From Candidatus Gastranaerophilales bacterium (GTDB lineage: Bacteria; Cyanobacteriota; Vampirovibrionia; Gastranaerophilales; Gastranaerophilaceae): a stretch of DNA of 64,000 nucleotides. The position numbers and the translations under genes are program-made. Of the stretch, positions 30,760-39,048 are shown piece by piece. The notes under the pieces were generated by a model. The model searched no databases, was not told where the DNA came from, and worked only from the letters and a program-made list of their open reading frames with translations. The stretch covers positions 90,655 to 154,654 of the forward strand of contig CALUVV010000006.1 in NCBI GenBank assembly GCA_944324305.1. The letters run 5' to 3'. Position 1 is the stretch's first letter; each line of letters starts with the position of its first letter.

Positions 30760-31281
30760 TTATTCCCTGCTTGTAAGTAATCCGAGTGCCAGACCTATTG
30801 CTGCGCCAATTCCTGCACCCCATTTAAATTTAGTTCTTTTCACAGCCCTGAATGCTTCATTTGAGGTGTTGTCCATTAAGCTCGGGTTCTTTTTAAAAGT
30901 GTCGAAATTTTTTACAAAATCATCTTTTAAATTTTTCACAGATGTTTTGTCATTAATTTTTTTATCAAGTTCAATACATTTTTGCGTAATCGCTTTTACG
31001 TCTTGCGGCAAGCCCATTTCCTGCAAAATCATTTTACTTTCCGTTGTTAGTGATTTGTTATCAACTTCTTTTGCTATTTTAGCAAGCGTTGCAATTTGGG
31101 CATTTGTTTTTTCCTTGGTAATATCAATAGCTCTTTGAACGAACAAATCTTTATTAACAGGAAGGTAATATGCATTCATTCCTATAAGAGCTCCTGCCAT
31201 CATAGCACCGATTTTTCTTTTTTTTGCTGCTGCAGGATTGGGCTGGTAATATGTCATTGACGGATTTATTTGTGAAGCCAT
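30760..31281 (-). CDS. hypothetical protein with a C-terminal glycine-zipper membrane helix
   Basis: 173-aa ORF containing KWGAGIGAAIGLALGLL. I prefer it to the antisense ORF 30731..31138. Confidence 0.5.
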   Translation of the reverse strand: MASQINPSMTYYQPNPAAAKKRKIGAMMAGALIGMNAYYLPVNKDLFVQRAIDITKEKTNAQIATLAKIAKEVDNKSLTTESKMILQEMGLPQDVKAITQKCIELDKKINDKTSVKNLKDDFVKNFDTFKKNPSLMDNTSNEAFRAVKRTKFKWGAGIGAAIGLALGLLTSRE

Positions 31282-31345
31282 AAGTCTGCCTTATAATTTT
31301 AACCTTGTTATGTATAAATCCCGTAAAAAATTTTTTTGCTATTTA

Positions 31346-31374
31346 TTGAAAAATGACTTAAAATTTATTATAAT
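31346..31374 (+). promoter_or_regulatory. near-consensus sigma70 promoter for the L6 leader (TTGAAA-N17-TATAAT)
   Basis: -35 at 31346-31351, -10 at 31369-31374, 35 nt before ATG 31410. Confidence 0.55.
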
Positions 31375-31430
31375 AATTATGGTTAATAATTTTATGAAAG
31401 GAGCTAGTTATGAAAAGATTTAATAATGTC

Positions 31431-31440
31431 GGGGGGGGGG
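31431..31440 (+). repeat. homopolymer G10 in the L6 leader; putative phase switch
   Basis: ATG 31410 (MKRFNNV), G10, then TAG at 31446. Offset to the pilin frame is 74 nt (mod 3 = 2). Confidence 0.7.
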
Positions 31441-31483
31441 CACTTTAGCAGCTCCTAAACCTGCTTTTACGCTTGCAGAAGTA

Positions 31484-32140
31484 TTGGTAACATTAGGTAT
31501 CATCGGTGTAGTATCTGCCATGACCGTACCGACTTTGATGCAAAATCATCAAAGAAAAACTTATGTAACTCAGTTGCATAAAGTTTATAATGAAGTTCAG
31601 CAAGCGGCTTTACAGTATATTACTGAACATAATGCTGTAAACCTTAGAGAAGCAGGTATTAACAGTGATGAGGCCGCAGCAGATTTTGTTAAACAATATT
31701 TTAAAGTTGTGCAAGATTGTGGTACTGACCAAACTCCTTGTTTCCCTGCTACAGAGACATATAAAAAACTTTCAGGAACAACTATTACAAATTGGTTTGG
31801 GAAACGTCATTTTGTATTGGCTGATGGAGTTTCTTTAGCAACATATTATGTATCTTCAGCGTCTCAAGTAATAGAATTTTGGGTTGATATTAACGGGCAA
31901 AAAGGGCCTAATATTGTAGGTAGAGATTTGTTTGTTATGTATATGTATAATAATGGAATATTAGATGAGCTGGCTGGAAAGAGTAGTGCTGATGATGATA
32001 GTGAGGTGGCTGCTAATATTCCAATGTCATCAGAGCAAAGAGAAAAAAGGTTTAATAATTATTGTATGTCTGATAGTCCTGTGAATTACCACGGCTGTTT
32101 CGGAAAGCTTCTTAATGACAATTGGGAAATGACATATTGA
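31484..32140 (+). CDS. type IV prepilin-like protein (L6), WEMTY family; body ORF, processing motif lies upstream and out of frame with the ATG
   Basis: The ORF-track TTG start is inside the helix (VTLGIIGVVSAMTVPTLMQNHQRK). PA|FTLAEV is encoded at 31460-31483. Confidence 0.85.
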   Translation: MVTLGIIGVVSAMTVPTLMQNHQRKTYVTQLHKVYNEVQQAALQYITEHNAVNLREAGINSDEAAADFVKQYFKVVQDCGTDQTPCFPATETYKKLSGTTITNWFGKRHFVLADGVSLATYYVSSASQVIEFWVDINGQKGPNIVGRDLFVMYMYNNGILDELAGKSSADDDSEVAANIPMSSEQREKRFNNYCMSDSPVNYHGCFGKLLNDNWEMTY

Positions 32141-32165
32141 TAAATTAAAAAAAATAGTCTATAAT
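32137..32165 (+). promoter_or_regulatory. sigma70-like promoter for the L7 leader (TTGATA-N17-TATAAT), embedded in the L6 stop codon and terminator
   Basis: -35 at 32137-32142 overlaps the L6 TGA. -10 at 32160-32165 lies in the hairpin. Confidence 0.45.
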
Positions 32166-32185
32166 TACTATAGACTATTTTTTAC
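32146..32185 (+). terminator. AT-rich terminator hairpin after L6
   Basis: AATAGTCTATA-ATTAC-TATAGACTATT (32153-32179), flanked by an A-run and a T-run. Confidence 0.5.
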
Positions 32186-32221
32186 GAAAGGAGCACAAAA
32201 TGACAGAATTTCAAACAATTC

Positions 32222-32231
32222 GGGGGGGGGG
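32222..32231 (+). repeat. homopolymer G10 in the L7 leader; putative phase switch
   Basis: ATG 32200 (MTEFQTIR), G10, then TAG at 32239. Offset 74 nt (mod 3 = 2). Confidence 0.7.
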
Positions 32232-32273
32232 CGTAATCTAGGCTCAGCTCCTGCTTTTACGCTTGCGGAAGTA

Positions 32274-32927
32274 TTGGTAACATTAGGTATCATCGGTGTG
32301 GTTTCTGCCATGACGGTACCGTCTTTGATGCAAAATCATCAGAGAAAAACTTATGTAACTCAGCTGCATAAAGTTTATAATCAGGCTCAACAAGCGCTGC
32401 TTCAATATCAGACCGATAAAAATGCCGTTGATTTGAATGAAGCAGGATTGGGTAATACAGCTTCTCAAGTTGAATTTATAAAAACTTATTTTAAAGTTAT
32501 TCAGGATTGCGGAACAGATCCGTCACCATGTTTTAGTGATAATTATAAAAAACTTTCAGGAACATCAGTAACTGCCGGAGGTGCAGAACATTTCTTTGTT
32601 CTTGCTGATGGTTCAGCAATCGCTACAAATGCTTTTTCAAATAACCAAACCAGAAATTTAGTAATGGAAATTTGGGTTGACACAAACGGGGCAAAAGGTC
32701 CTAATATAGTAGGCAGAGATTTTTTTATTATGTATGCTTACAAAAACGGTGTTATAGATGATATTAATTTTGAGGAACAGAATGGCGAGAATAATGCAAT
32801 TGTAAATGTTCCTTTGGAGCCTGACTACAGAGAGCGTATGTTTAATACATACTGTAAAGGAAGCGGAGGACAGCTGAGAGGTTGTTTTGGTAAAATTCTT
32901 AATGACAACTGGGAAATGACTTATTAA
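32274..32927 (+). CDS. type IV prepilin-like protein (L7), WEMTY family; body ORF
   Basis: Same N-terminal block as L4/L6/L8. PA|FTLAEV is encoded at 32250-32273. C-terminus CFGKILNDNWEMTY. Confidence 0.85.
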   Translation: MVTLGIIGVVSAMTVPSLMQNHQRKTYVTQLHKVYNQAQQALLQYQTDKNAVDLNEAGLGNTASQVEFIKTYFKVIQDCGTDPSPCFSDNYKKLSGTSVTAGGAEHFFVLADGSAIATNAFSNNQTRNLVMEIWVDTNGAKGPNIVGRDFFIMYAYKNGVIDDINFEEQNGENNAIVNVPLEPDYRERMFNTYCKGSGGQLRGCFGKILNDNWEMTY

Positions 32928-33522
32928 TCGTTTTAATAACTTCGTTATGAATTTCTTCAATTGATTTTGCTGCATCAAGAACCTTAATTCTTTGAGGTTC
33001 TTGTTTTGCAAGCTCAAGATAACCGTTACGTACACGGTTATGGAAATCTATCCCTGCGCTTTCCATTCTGTCTTTTTCCTTGCCGACACGTTTCATTGAA
33101 GTTTCTACATCAATATCAAAAACGAATGTTAAATCAGGTTTGCGGCCGTTAGTTGCAATATTATTGAGCATATTAATTCTTTCAATGTCCAATCCTCTGC
33201 CGTAACCCTGATATGCAACGGTAGAATCAATATGTCTGTCACAAAGAACTATTTTTCCTTCATCAACTGCCGGATTAACTATGATATCAATATTTTGCGC
33301 TCTGTCTGCCAGAAATAAAAAGGATTCGCATCTGTCTGACACATCGCCTTCGTAGTTTAGAAGAATTTCCCGAACTTTTTCGCCAAGTCCTTTACCACCG
33401 GGTTCACGCGTAAGCACGACATCTTCTCCGCTCTTTTTCAAATATTCTGCCAATAACTTCATCTGGGTTGTTTTACCGCAGCCGTCTGCTCCCTCAAATG
33501 TAATAAATAGTCCCTTTTTCAT
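32899..33522 (-). CDS. tmk: thymidylate kinase
   Basis: P-loop FEGADGCGKTTQ and DRH lid region. The 3' end overlaps the L7 3' end by 29 nt. Confidence 0.93.
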   Translation of the reverse strand: MKKGLFITFEGADGCGKTTQMKLLAEYLKKSGEDVVLTREPGGKGLGEKVREILLNYEGDVSDRCESFLFLADRAQNIDIIVNPAVDEGKIVLCDRHIDSTVAYQGYGRGLDIERINMLNNIATNGRKPDLTFVFDIDVETSMKRVGKEKDRMESAGIDFHNRVRNGYLELAKQEPQRIKVLDAAKSIEEIHNEVIKTINKSFPSCH

Positions 33523-33612
33523 TTTCTAACCTCTTTACTTAATTATATCAAAAAAATGTTATTTGTGTTTTACCGTATATTATGCTAAAATTCACCTATG
33601 AGGAGAGCCTGT

Positions 33613-34827
33613 ATGGAAACAAAAATTACTGAACTTAAAAATAAAATAGAATTTGCTTATAAAAGAAACCCGAATACGCCGAGAACTGCTTTTTATTTGA
33701 ACTTCTCGATTAATAACCATCCCTGTAATCCGGGAATGTATTCGCTTATGGTGCGCTTGTTTATGCAGGGTACCAAAAATCGTACGGCTCAACAGCTTTC
33801 AGAGGAATTAGACAAATACGCAATTGAATTTACCGCGGAATTAAAACTTGATTATATTAAATTTAAGTTTGTATGTTTGAACGAAGATTTTGAAAAAGCT
33901 CTGGAAATATTCACGGATATAGTGAAAAATACTACGTTTGAAGAGTTTGAAAAAGAACGTACAAAACTTCAGGGAGAAATTATTGCGGAGCTGGATTCCC
34001 CGCGTGCAAAAATTATAGACAGCTATTATAAAAATATTTATGAAGGACATAATTACGGCTACACAAATACAGTTATACTTGATAACTTAAAGAATATTAA
34101 AAAGCAGGATGTAATCGATGCTTATAAAAATATTATCGAAAACAGCAAGAAAGTTATTGCATTTGTCGGAGATTTGGATTTTGAGAAGGTAAAAGGCCTT
34201 TTGGAAGAAAATCTCGGAGATATTGCTCCGTCAAATCCCGAACTTGCCCAATTAGCTAAACCTGTGCTTGCAAAAGCCAAAAATACGGAAGTTATTCAGC
34301 CTGATTTAAATCAAGCGCATATTTTAAAAGGCTGGATGGTTGATTCGGCAGATAGCGATGATTATGCCTCTATTGCTTTGTTAAATATTATTCTTGGTGC
34401 AAGCGGTTTGTCTTCGAGACTATTTTTGGAACTCCGCGACAAAAAAGGACTTGCTTATGTTGTAAGAAGTGCTTATGATGTTGCAAGACTTTCCGCTAAC
34501 TTCTCCATATATATTGCAACAGAACCCAATAATATCGAAACTTCTTTAAAAGGCTTTGACGAAGAAATTCAAAAGATTAAAACAATTCTTGTCAGCGAAG
34601 AAGAACTTGAAAATGCTAAAAATAACATATTCGGCAAATGGGCATTTATAGGCGAAACAAATTCACAGCAGGCAAATTGGCTTGCGCATTACGGAATTAT
34701 GGGATTTGGTTTTGATTTCCATGAAAAAGCCGTTGAAAAGATTAAAAAAGTTACACCGCAGGACATTATCAACTGTGCTAACAAGTACTTTAACGATACT
34801 TATGTATTGTCTGTCTTAAAGCCGTAA
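33613..34827 (+). CDS. M16 (insulinase/pitrilysin) family protein, probably the non-catalytic type
   Basis: M16 fold pattern without a clear HxxEH. GAGGAG lies 7 nt before ATG 33613 (ORF-track start is 33598). Confidence 0.7.
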   Translation: METKITELKNKIEFAYKRNPNTPRTAFYLNFSINNHPCNPGMYSLMVRLFMQGTKNRTAQQLSEELDKYAIEFTAELKLDYIKFKFVCLNEDFEKALEIFTDIVKNTTFEEFEKERTKLQGEIIAELDSPRAKIIDSYYKNIYEGHNYGYTNTVILDNLKNIKKQDVIDAYKNIIENSKKVIAFVGDLDFEKVKGLLEENLGDIAPSNPELAQLAKPVLAKAKNTEVIQPDLNQAHILKGWMVDSADSDDYASIALLNIILGASGLSSRLFLELRDKKGLAYVVRSAYDVARLSANFSIYIATEPNNIETSLKGFDEEIQKIKTILVSEEELENAKNNIFGKWAFIGETNSQQANWLAHYGIMGFGFDFHEKAVEKIKKVTPQDIINCANKYFNDTYVLSVLKP

Positions 34828-34884
34828 CCTTATCAGGTAATGATATGCTCTTGAATATAAGAAATAATATTCAGGAGGCGGGCT

Positions 34885-35418
34885 TTGAGAAAAATTTATC
34901 TGCTAACTTTAATTTTAATATTATTTTTTTGCACCGGATTTTCAAATCCCGTTGCGGATATTTCTGTGTCATACCAGCCGAACGTTGATAAACTCGAAGA
35001 AATTTTTAAAGCTTACCTTCCTTTAAACAAAAATGACATTACTTTTACCAAAGTTCCGCGGGGGCTTATCGTGAGTATAAACGAAGAATGTTTTTTTAAT
35101 GAAGCTGAAGCAAGAATTAAGGAAAGTTCACTCTGTGTACTTGACACAATAATAATGCTACTGCAAAAACTCCCAAATTATTGTGTTGTTGAAGACCATA
35201 CGGAAGAAAACAGCTATTATGACGAAAATTGGGAATTATCTCTTGCAAGATCCGCAAATATTGTGGAATATATGATTACCTGCGGAAAACTTCCTGCCTC
35301 GCAGCTTTTTTCCCTGGGTTACGGGCAATATATGCCTTTCAGGGATAATGTATCTCCAAAAAACGGAATGAATAACAGAATTGACTTTGTAATATTGGAA
35401 TACGAAGCTAAGCGATAA
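34885..35418 (+). CDS. OmpA/MotB-like domain protein
   Basis: C-terminal OmpA-like motifs (NWELSLARSANIVEYM, GYGQYMPF, NNRIDFVI). TTG start after GGAGG. Confidence 0.7.
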   Translation: MRKIYLLTLILILFFCTGFSNPVADISVSYQPNVDKLEEIFKAYLPLNKNDITFTKVPRGLIVSINEECFFNEAEARIKESSLCVLDTIIMLLQKLPNYCVVEDHTEENSYYDENWELSLARSANIVEYMITCGKLPASQLFSLGYGQYMPFRDNVSPKNGMNNRIDFVILEYEAKR

Positions 35419-36247
35419 TGCTTTGACGAAGTCTTGTTGTTCTGTTTTCGCTTAAAATATTTTTCAACTTCATAATAGCCTGAGCATGAAGCTGGCAGAC
35501 ACGTGATTCCGACATATTTATCGTTTCGCCGATTTCTTTCAGGGTCATGTTTTCCTGATAGTATAAAACCATTATGATACGTTCTCTTTCGGGTAATCTT
35601 CTTAATGCTTTTTCAAGTTCCTGCTTAACATTTTTTTCTTCGGCCTGTTCTTGAGGGTTCAGTTTATTTGTATCCTGAATAGTGTCAATTATTTCTACGC
35701 TGTCATCGGTTGAACCTTTTTTGTCATAAAGAGAGGTCATTGTCGTATCTTCAGACAGTATTTGTGTAACCTTTTCAGGATCCATATCAAGAAAACCGGC
35801 AACTTCCTGAGTGGTCGGCATGCGTCCGAGTTCTTGCTTCAGGTGTTCTTGAGCATTTTTAATATCTTTTATTTTCTTTCTCACACTTCTCGGAAGGAAG
35901 TCTTGAGAACGAATTCTGTCAAGAATTGAACCTCTTATTCGGATAAGAGCATAAGTTTCAAACCTTGTATTTTTCTGCGGAGAATATCTTTCTATGGCGT
36001 TAATAAGTCCTTCAACACCGTAGCCTGCGATATCCTCAACCGATATAGTTGCGGGGAGAGTAACTTTAACACGTCCGACAACATATCTTATCAGATAAAT
36101 ATATTGAACAATTAAAGTGTCGCGAACGGCTTTATTTGATTTATCTTTAAGGTACTCCTGCCATAATGCCGCAAGCTCATCCTCCGTCAGTCTTTTTATA
36201 TTATTATATGATGTAAAATCAAAACCTTGGCTCATTAAACTTCCCAA
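35408..36247 (-). CDS. fliA: FliA/WhiG family RNA polymerase sigma-28 factor
   Basis: FETYALIRIRGSILDRIRSQDFLPRSVR (typical of FliA) and a region 4.2 HTH (LKEIGETINMSESRVCQLHAQAI). Confidence 0.88.
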   Translation of the reverse strand: MGSLMSQGFDFTSYNNIKRLTEDELAALWQEYLKDKSNKAVRDTLIVQYIYLIRYVVGRVKVTLPATISVEDIAGYGVEGLINAIERYSPQKNTRFETYALIRIRGSILDRIRSQDFLPRSVRKKIKDIKNAQEHLKQELGRMPTTQEVAGFLDMDPEKVTQILSEDTTMTSLYDKKGSTDDSVEIIDTIQDTNKLNPQEQAEEKNVKQELEKALRRLPERERIIMVLYYQENMTLKEIGETINMSESRVCQLHAQAIMKLKNILSENRTTRLRQSIIA

Positions 36248-36359
36248 TATTGTTCAAATATCTTACATATCTATTCTATACAATATAGGTTTGGCTGCAT
36301 CATTTAAAAAGAGGAAATGTTTAAAAAATACTAAAGTCTGCGTAGTAATTTACCATGCT

Positions 36360-37730
36360 TTAGCTTTGCTGTTTCTGCTGTTCGCTGCTTTCCTCTGTTG
36401 TTTCCTGTTCGGTTCTGATTATTTCAAGCTTGGTAATTCTTGCACCGTCAACTTCTTTTACAACGAATGTAAGGTTATTAAGAGTAACTTTATCGTTAAC
36501 TTCCGCAAGACGCCCTAAAAGCTTAACTACAAGTCCGCCTATTGTGTCTATATCTTCATCATCAATTTCTTTTTCGTTAATTTGGAAAAATTCCGCAAAT
36601 TCGTCAAGACGCATCATTGAATTAGCAAGGTATGTATTCGGTGCAACTTCAATAATATCTTCTTCCTGTTCTTCTTCTTCGTCAAATTCGTCCTGAACAT
36701 CTCCGAATATTTCCTCAATAACGTCTTCAAGGGTAATAAGTCCGGAAGTTCCGCCAAATTCATCAATAACAACAGCCATTTGCCCTTTGCGTTTTTTGAA
36801 TTCAAGAACAAGATTATCCATTGTTATAGTTTCGGGAACCATAAGAATTTCTCTTTGTATATTTTCAATAGGACAAATTTCGTCTTTTAAAGACAGTGAG
36901 TATAAATCTTTTACGTGTACAAGACCTGTTATATGATCAATATCATCTTCATAAACAGGGTATCTCGTATATTGGCTTTCTGCTGCAAGCTTATTTAATT
37001 CTTCCAAAGGCATGTTACTGGGGATGCAGACCATGTCGGTTCTAGGCACCATAACCTGTTTTGCGGTAAGGTCGGAAAATTTAAATACATTATGGAGCAT
37101 TTCTTTTTCTGTTTCGTTCAGCACACCTCCGTTATAACTTGCATTAACCAGCATATCCAGTTCTTCCGTAGAGTGAACAAGCGCACCCTTATGAGAATGA
37201 GGGATATTTAAAAGTTTTAAAACAAAGTTTCCGAAACCGTTCAACAGCCATATAAAAGGATTGAATATAAATGTTAAAAACTGCATCGGACGTGCAACCC
37301 ATAGCGCAGTTTTTTCAGTATATTCAAGAGCAATTGATTTGGGAATAAGTTCTCCGAGTACAACATGGAAAAATGTAATCAATGCAAATGATATAGATAC
37401 CGACATTGTATGTGTGGCTATATTTTGGCTTATTCCCGGAAGGAAAGCGAATACAGGCTCAATAATATGAGCAAGCGTACCTTCTCCGACCCATCCTAAG
37501 CCGATACTTGATATTGTAACACCGAGCTGAACGGCAGCTATAAATTTATCTAAATCTTTTAAAGCTTCCAATGCTATTTTTGCATTAAAATTTCCCTCAT
37601 TAACGAGCTGCTCAATTCTGGTCTTTCTGACCTTTACCATAGCAAATTCGGAAGCTACAAAAAAGCCGTTTGAAAATAATAAGAAAGCTATTACAAACAA
37701 ATTGAGTATTGTATTACCGGATTCATCCAT
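36360..37730 (-). CDS. hemolysin/CNNM family protein (DUF21-CBS pair-CorC_HlyC)
   Basis: N-terminal four TM helices, CBS pair, and a C-terminal transporter-associated domain. Confidence 0.85.
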   Translation of the reverse strand: MDESGNTILNLFVIAFLLFSNGFFVASEFAMVKVRKTRIEQLVNEGNFNAKIALEALKDLDKFIAAVQLGVTISSIGLGWVGEGTLAHIIEPVFAFLPGISQNIATHTMSVSISFALITFFHVVLGELIPKSIALEYTEKTALWVARPMQFLTFIFNPFIWLLNGFGNFVLKLLNIPHSHKGALVHSTEELDMLVNASYNGGVLNETEKEMLHNVFKFSDLTAKQVMVPRTDMVCIPSNMPLEELNKLAAESQYTRYPVYEDDIDHITGLVHVKDLYSLSLKDEICPIENIQREILMVPETITMDNLVLEFKKRKGQMAVVIDEFGGTSGLITLEDVIEEIFGDVQDEFDEEEEQEEDIIEVAPNTYLANSMMRLDEFAEFFQINEKEIDDEDIDTIGGLVVKLLGRLAEVNDKVTLNNLTFVVKEVDGARITKLEIIRTEQETTEESSEQQKQQS

Positions 37731-37797
37731 TATATTTTATTTCCTTCTATATCAGTTTTAAGTGTAATTATAATATTATTTAGAAAAAATTGCAATC

Positions 37798-38616
37798 CTA
37801 TTCTTTCCGTTGCGGCATCTCAACTTCTTTAAGCTCCGTATAAATCATAGGAGAAAACCCTCTGGTTGTAGTTACGGTAATAACTTTATAAACAGGCGGA
37901 GTACTTAACAAAGTCGGAGATGTAATATGATAAACACCGTTTCTCATAATTTCGCTGTTTGTGTGTAAATGCCCCGCAATAATTGAGACTACATTATTAT
38001 TAGTATCAAGGATATCAAAATATTTTTCTTTTTGATAAACCGTATGCGTAGGTCTTTCTTTTGCTGCTATTAACGGAAAATGCTGGAAAATTATTACGGG
38101 ATTTCTTTTATATTTTTTTAACTGCTTTTCGAGCCAGTTTAGCGTATCATCTTTATAGTATCCTATTGAGCCGGGTATAACTTCTTTTGCTCCGTCAAGC
38201 ACTATAAAGACAAACCCGTTTTTCTTAAAAACATAATTAGGTTTTTTATACTTATAGAAACAATTATTATCCCTTACAATTTCCAAATAATGTTCTTTGG
38301 ATAACCCGTTATTTTTAAATACATCATGATTTCCTATAACAAGATAATAAGGAACGTTAAGTTTGTTTATTATGTTTACAAACCCTGGAAGGTAAGCTTC
38401 TTTGGGCGAATCAAGGTTATCTCCGGTAAAAACAACGAATGATACATCTTTTTCTTTGTTAATGCTTTTCACCGTTTGTTTTAGAACTTCTGTTCTGTAT
38501 TCATCTTTAGCAATAAAATGGCTGTCAGTTACCTGAACAAATTTAATAACACCTGCAAAAACAGTATTTTGCAACAATAAAATTGAAAGTAAAGTTAAAA
38601 ATATATTTTTTTTCAT
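37798..38616 (-). CDS. secreted metallophosphoesterase
   Basis: Calcineurin-like motifs (VTDSH, GDNLD, GNHD, GHLH) plus a signal peptide. Confidence 0.85.
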   Translation of the reverse strand: MKKNIFLTLLSILLLQNTVFAGVIKFVQVTDSHFIAKDEYRTEVLKQTVKSINKEKDVSFVVFTGDNLDSPKEAYLPGFVNIINKLNVPYYLVIGNHDVFKNNGLSKEHYLEIVRDNNCFYKYKKPNYVFKKNGFVFIVLDGAKEVIPGSIGYYKDDTLNWLEKQLKKYKRNPVIIFQHFPLIAAKERPTHTVYQKEKYFDILDTNNNVVSIIAGHLHTNSEIMRNGVYHITSPTLLSTPPVYKVITVTTTRGFSPMIYTELKEVEMPQRKE

Positions 38617-38677
38617 TCGTTTTTATGCCCTCTGGACAAATTATAACATAAATTATAATATATATAAAGGAGAAGAC

Positions 38678-38923
38678 ATGAGATTAGATAAGTTTTTAAA
38701 AGTTTCAAGGCTTATAAAACGCCGAACAGTGGCAAACGAAGTTTCCGATATGGGGCGTGTATATGTTAACGGTAATTCCGCAAAGCCGTCCAAACAAATT
38801 AAAGAAGGCGATGAAATCAGAATTGAATACTCAAACAGAACAGTTTCCGCCCGTGTTTTAAGGGTTCCTTTGAATAATGTAAGCGTTCAGGAAGCCTCAT
38901 CTCTTTACGAGATTATTGAATAA
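38678..38923 (+). CDS. RNA-binding S4 domain protein
   Basis: MRLDKFLKVSRLIKRRTVANE... is a typical S4 fold. 81 aa. Confidence 0.85.
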   Translation: MRLDKFLKVSRLIKRRTVANEVSDMGRVYVNGNSAKPSKQIKEGDEIRIEYSNRTVSARVLRVPLNNVSVQEASSLYEIIE

Positions 38924-38944
38924 CTACGTAAAATATGGTATAAT
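38916..38944 (+). promoter_or_regulatory. sigma70-like promoter for the L8 leader (TTGAAT-N17-TATAAT with TGg extended -10)
   Basis: -35 at 38916-38921 overlaps the S4-gene stop. -10 at 38939-38944. Confidence 0.5.
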
Positions 38945-38996
38945 TATTATGTATATACACGAAAGGAGGACAAAATGACAGAATTTCAAACAATTC

Positions 38997-39006
38997 GGGG
39001 GGGGGG
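38997..39006 (+). repeat. homopolymer G10 in the L8 leader; putative phase switch
   Basis: ATG 38975 (MTEFQTIR), G10, then TAG. Offset to 39049 is 74 nt (mod 3 = 2). Confidence 0.7.
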
Positions 39007-39048
39007 CGTAATCTAGGCTCAGCTCCTGCTTTTACGCTTGCAGAAGTA

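Noticed and set aside
30731-31138. 135-aa plus-strand ORF
   Set aside because: It is antisense to the longer 30760..31281 ORF, has a low-complexity hydrophobic translation typical of reverse-strand artefacts, and has no RBS.
31431-31440. Programmed -1 ribosomal frameshifting on the G GGG GGG slippery run as the way to join leader and pilin frames
   Set aside because: Six loci would need a -1 shift but L9 (59632-59642) needs +1 or -2, and no common downstream stimulatory structure is visible. Length variation at the DNA level, or slippage at the RNA level, explains all loci more simply. It cannot be fully excluded without data.
31431-31440. G-quadruplex as in the Neisseria pilE recombination initiator
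   Set aside because: Each locus has a single uninterrupted G run, not four spaced G-tracts, so an intramolecular G4 is not supported.
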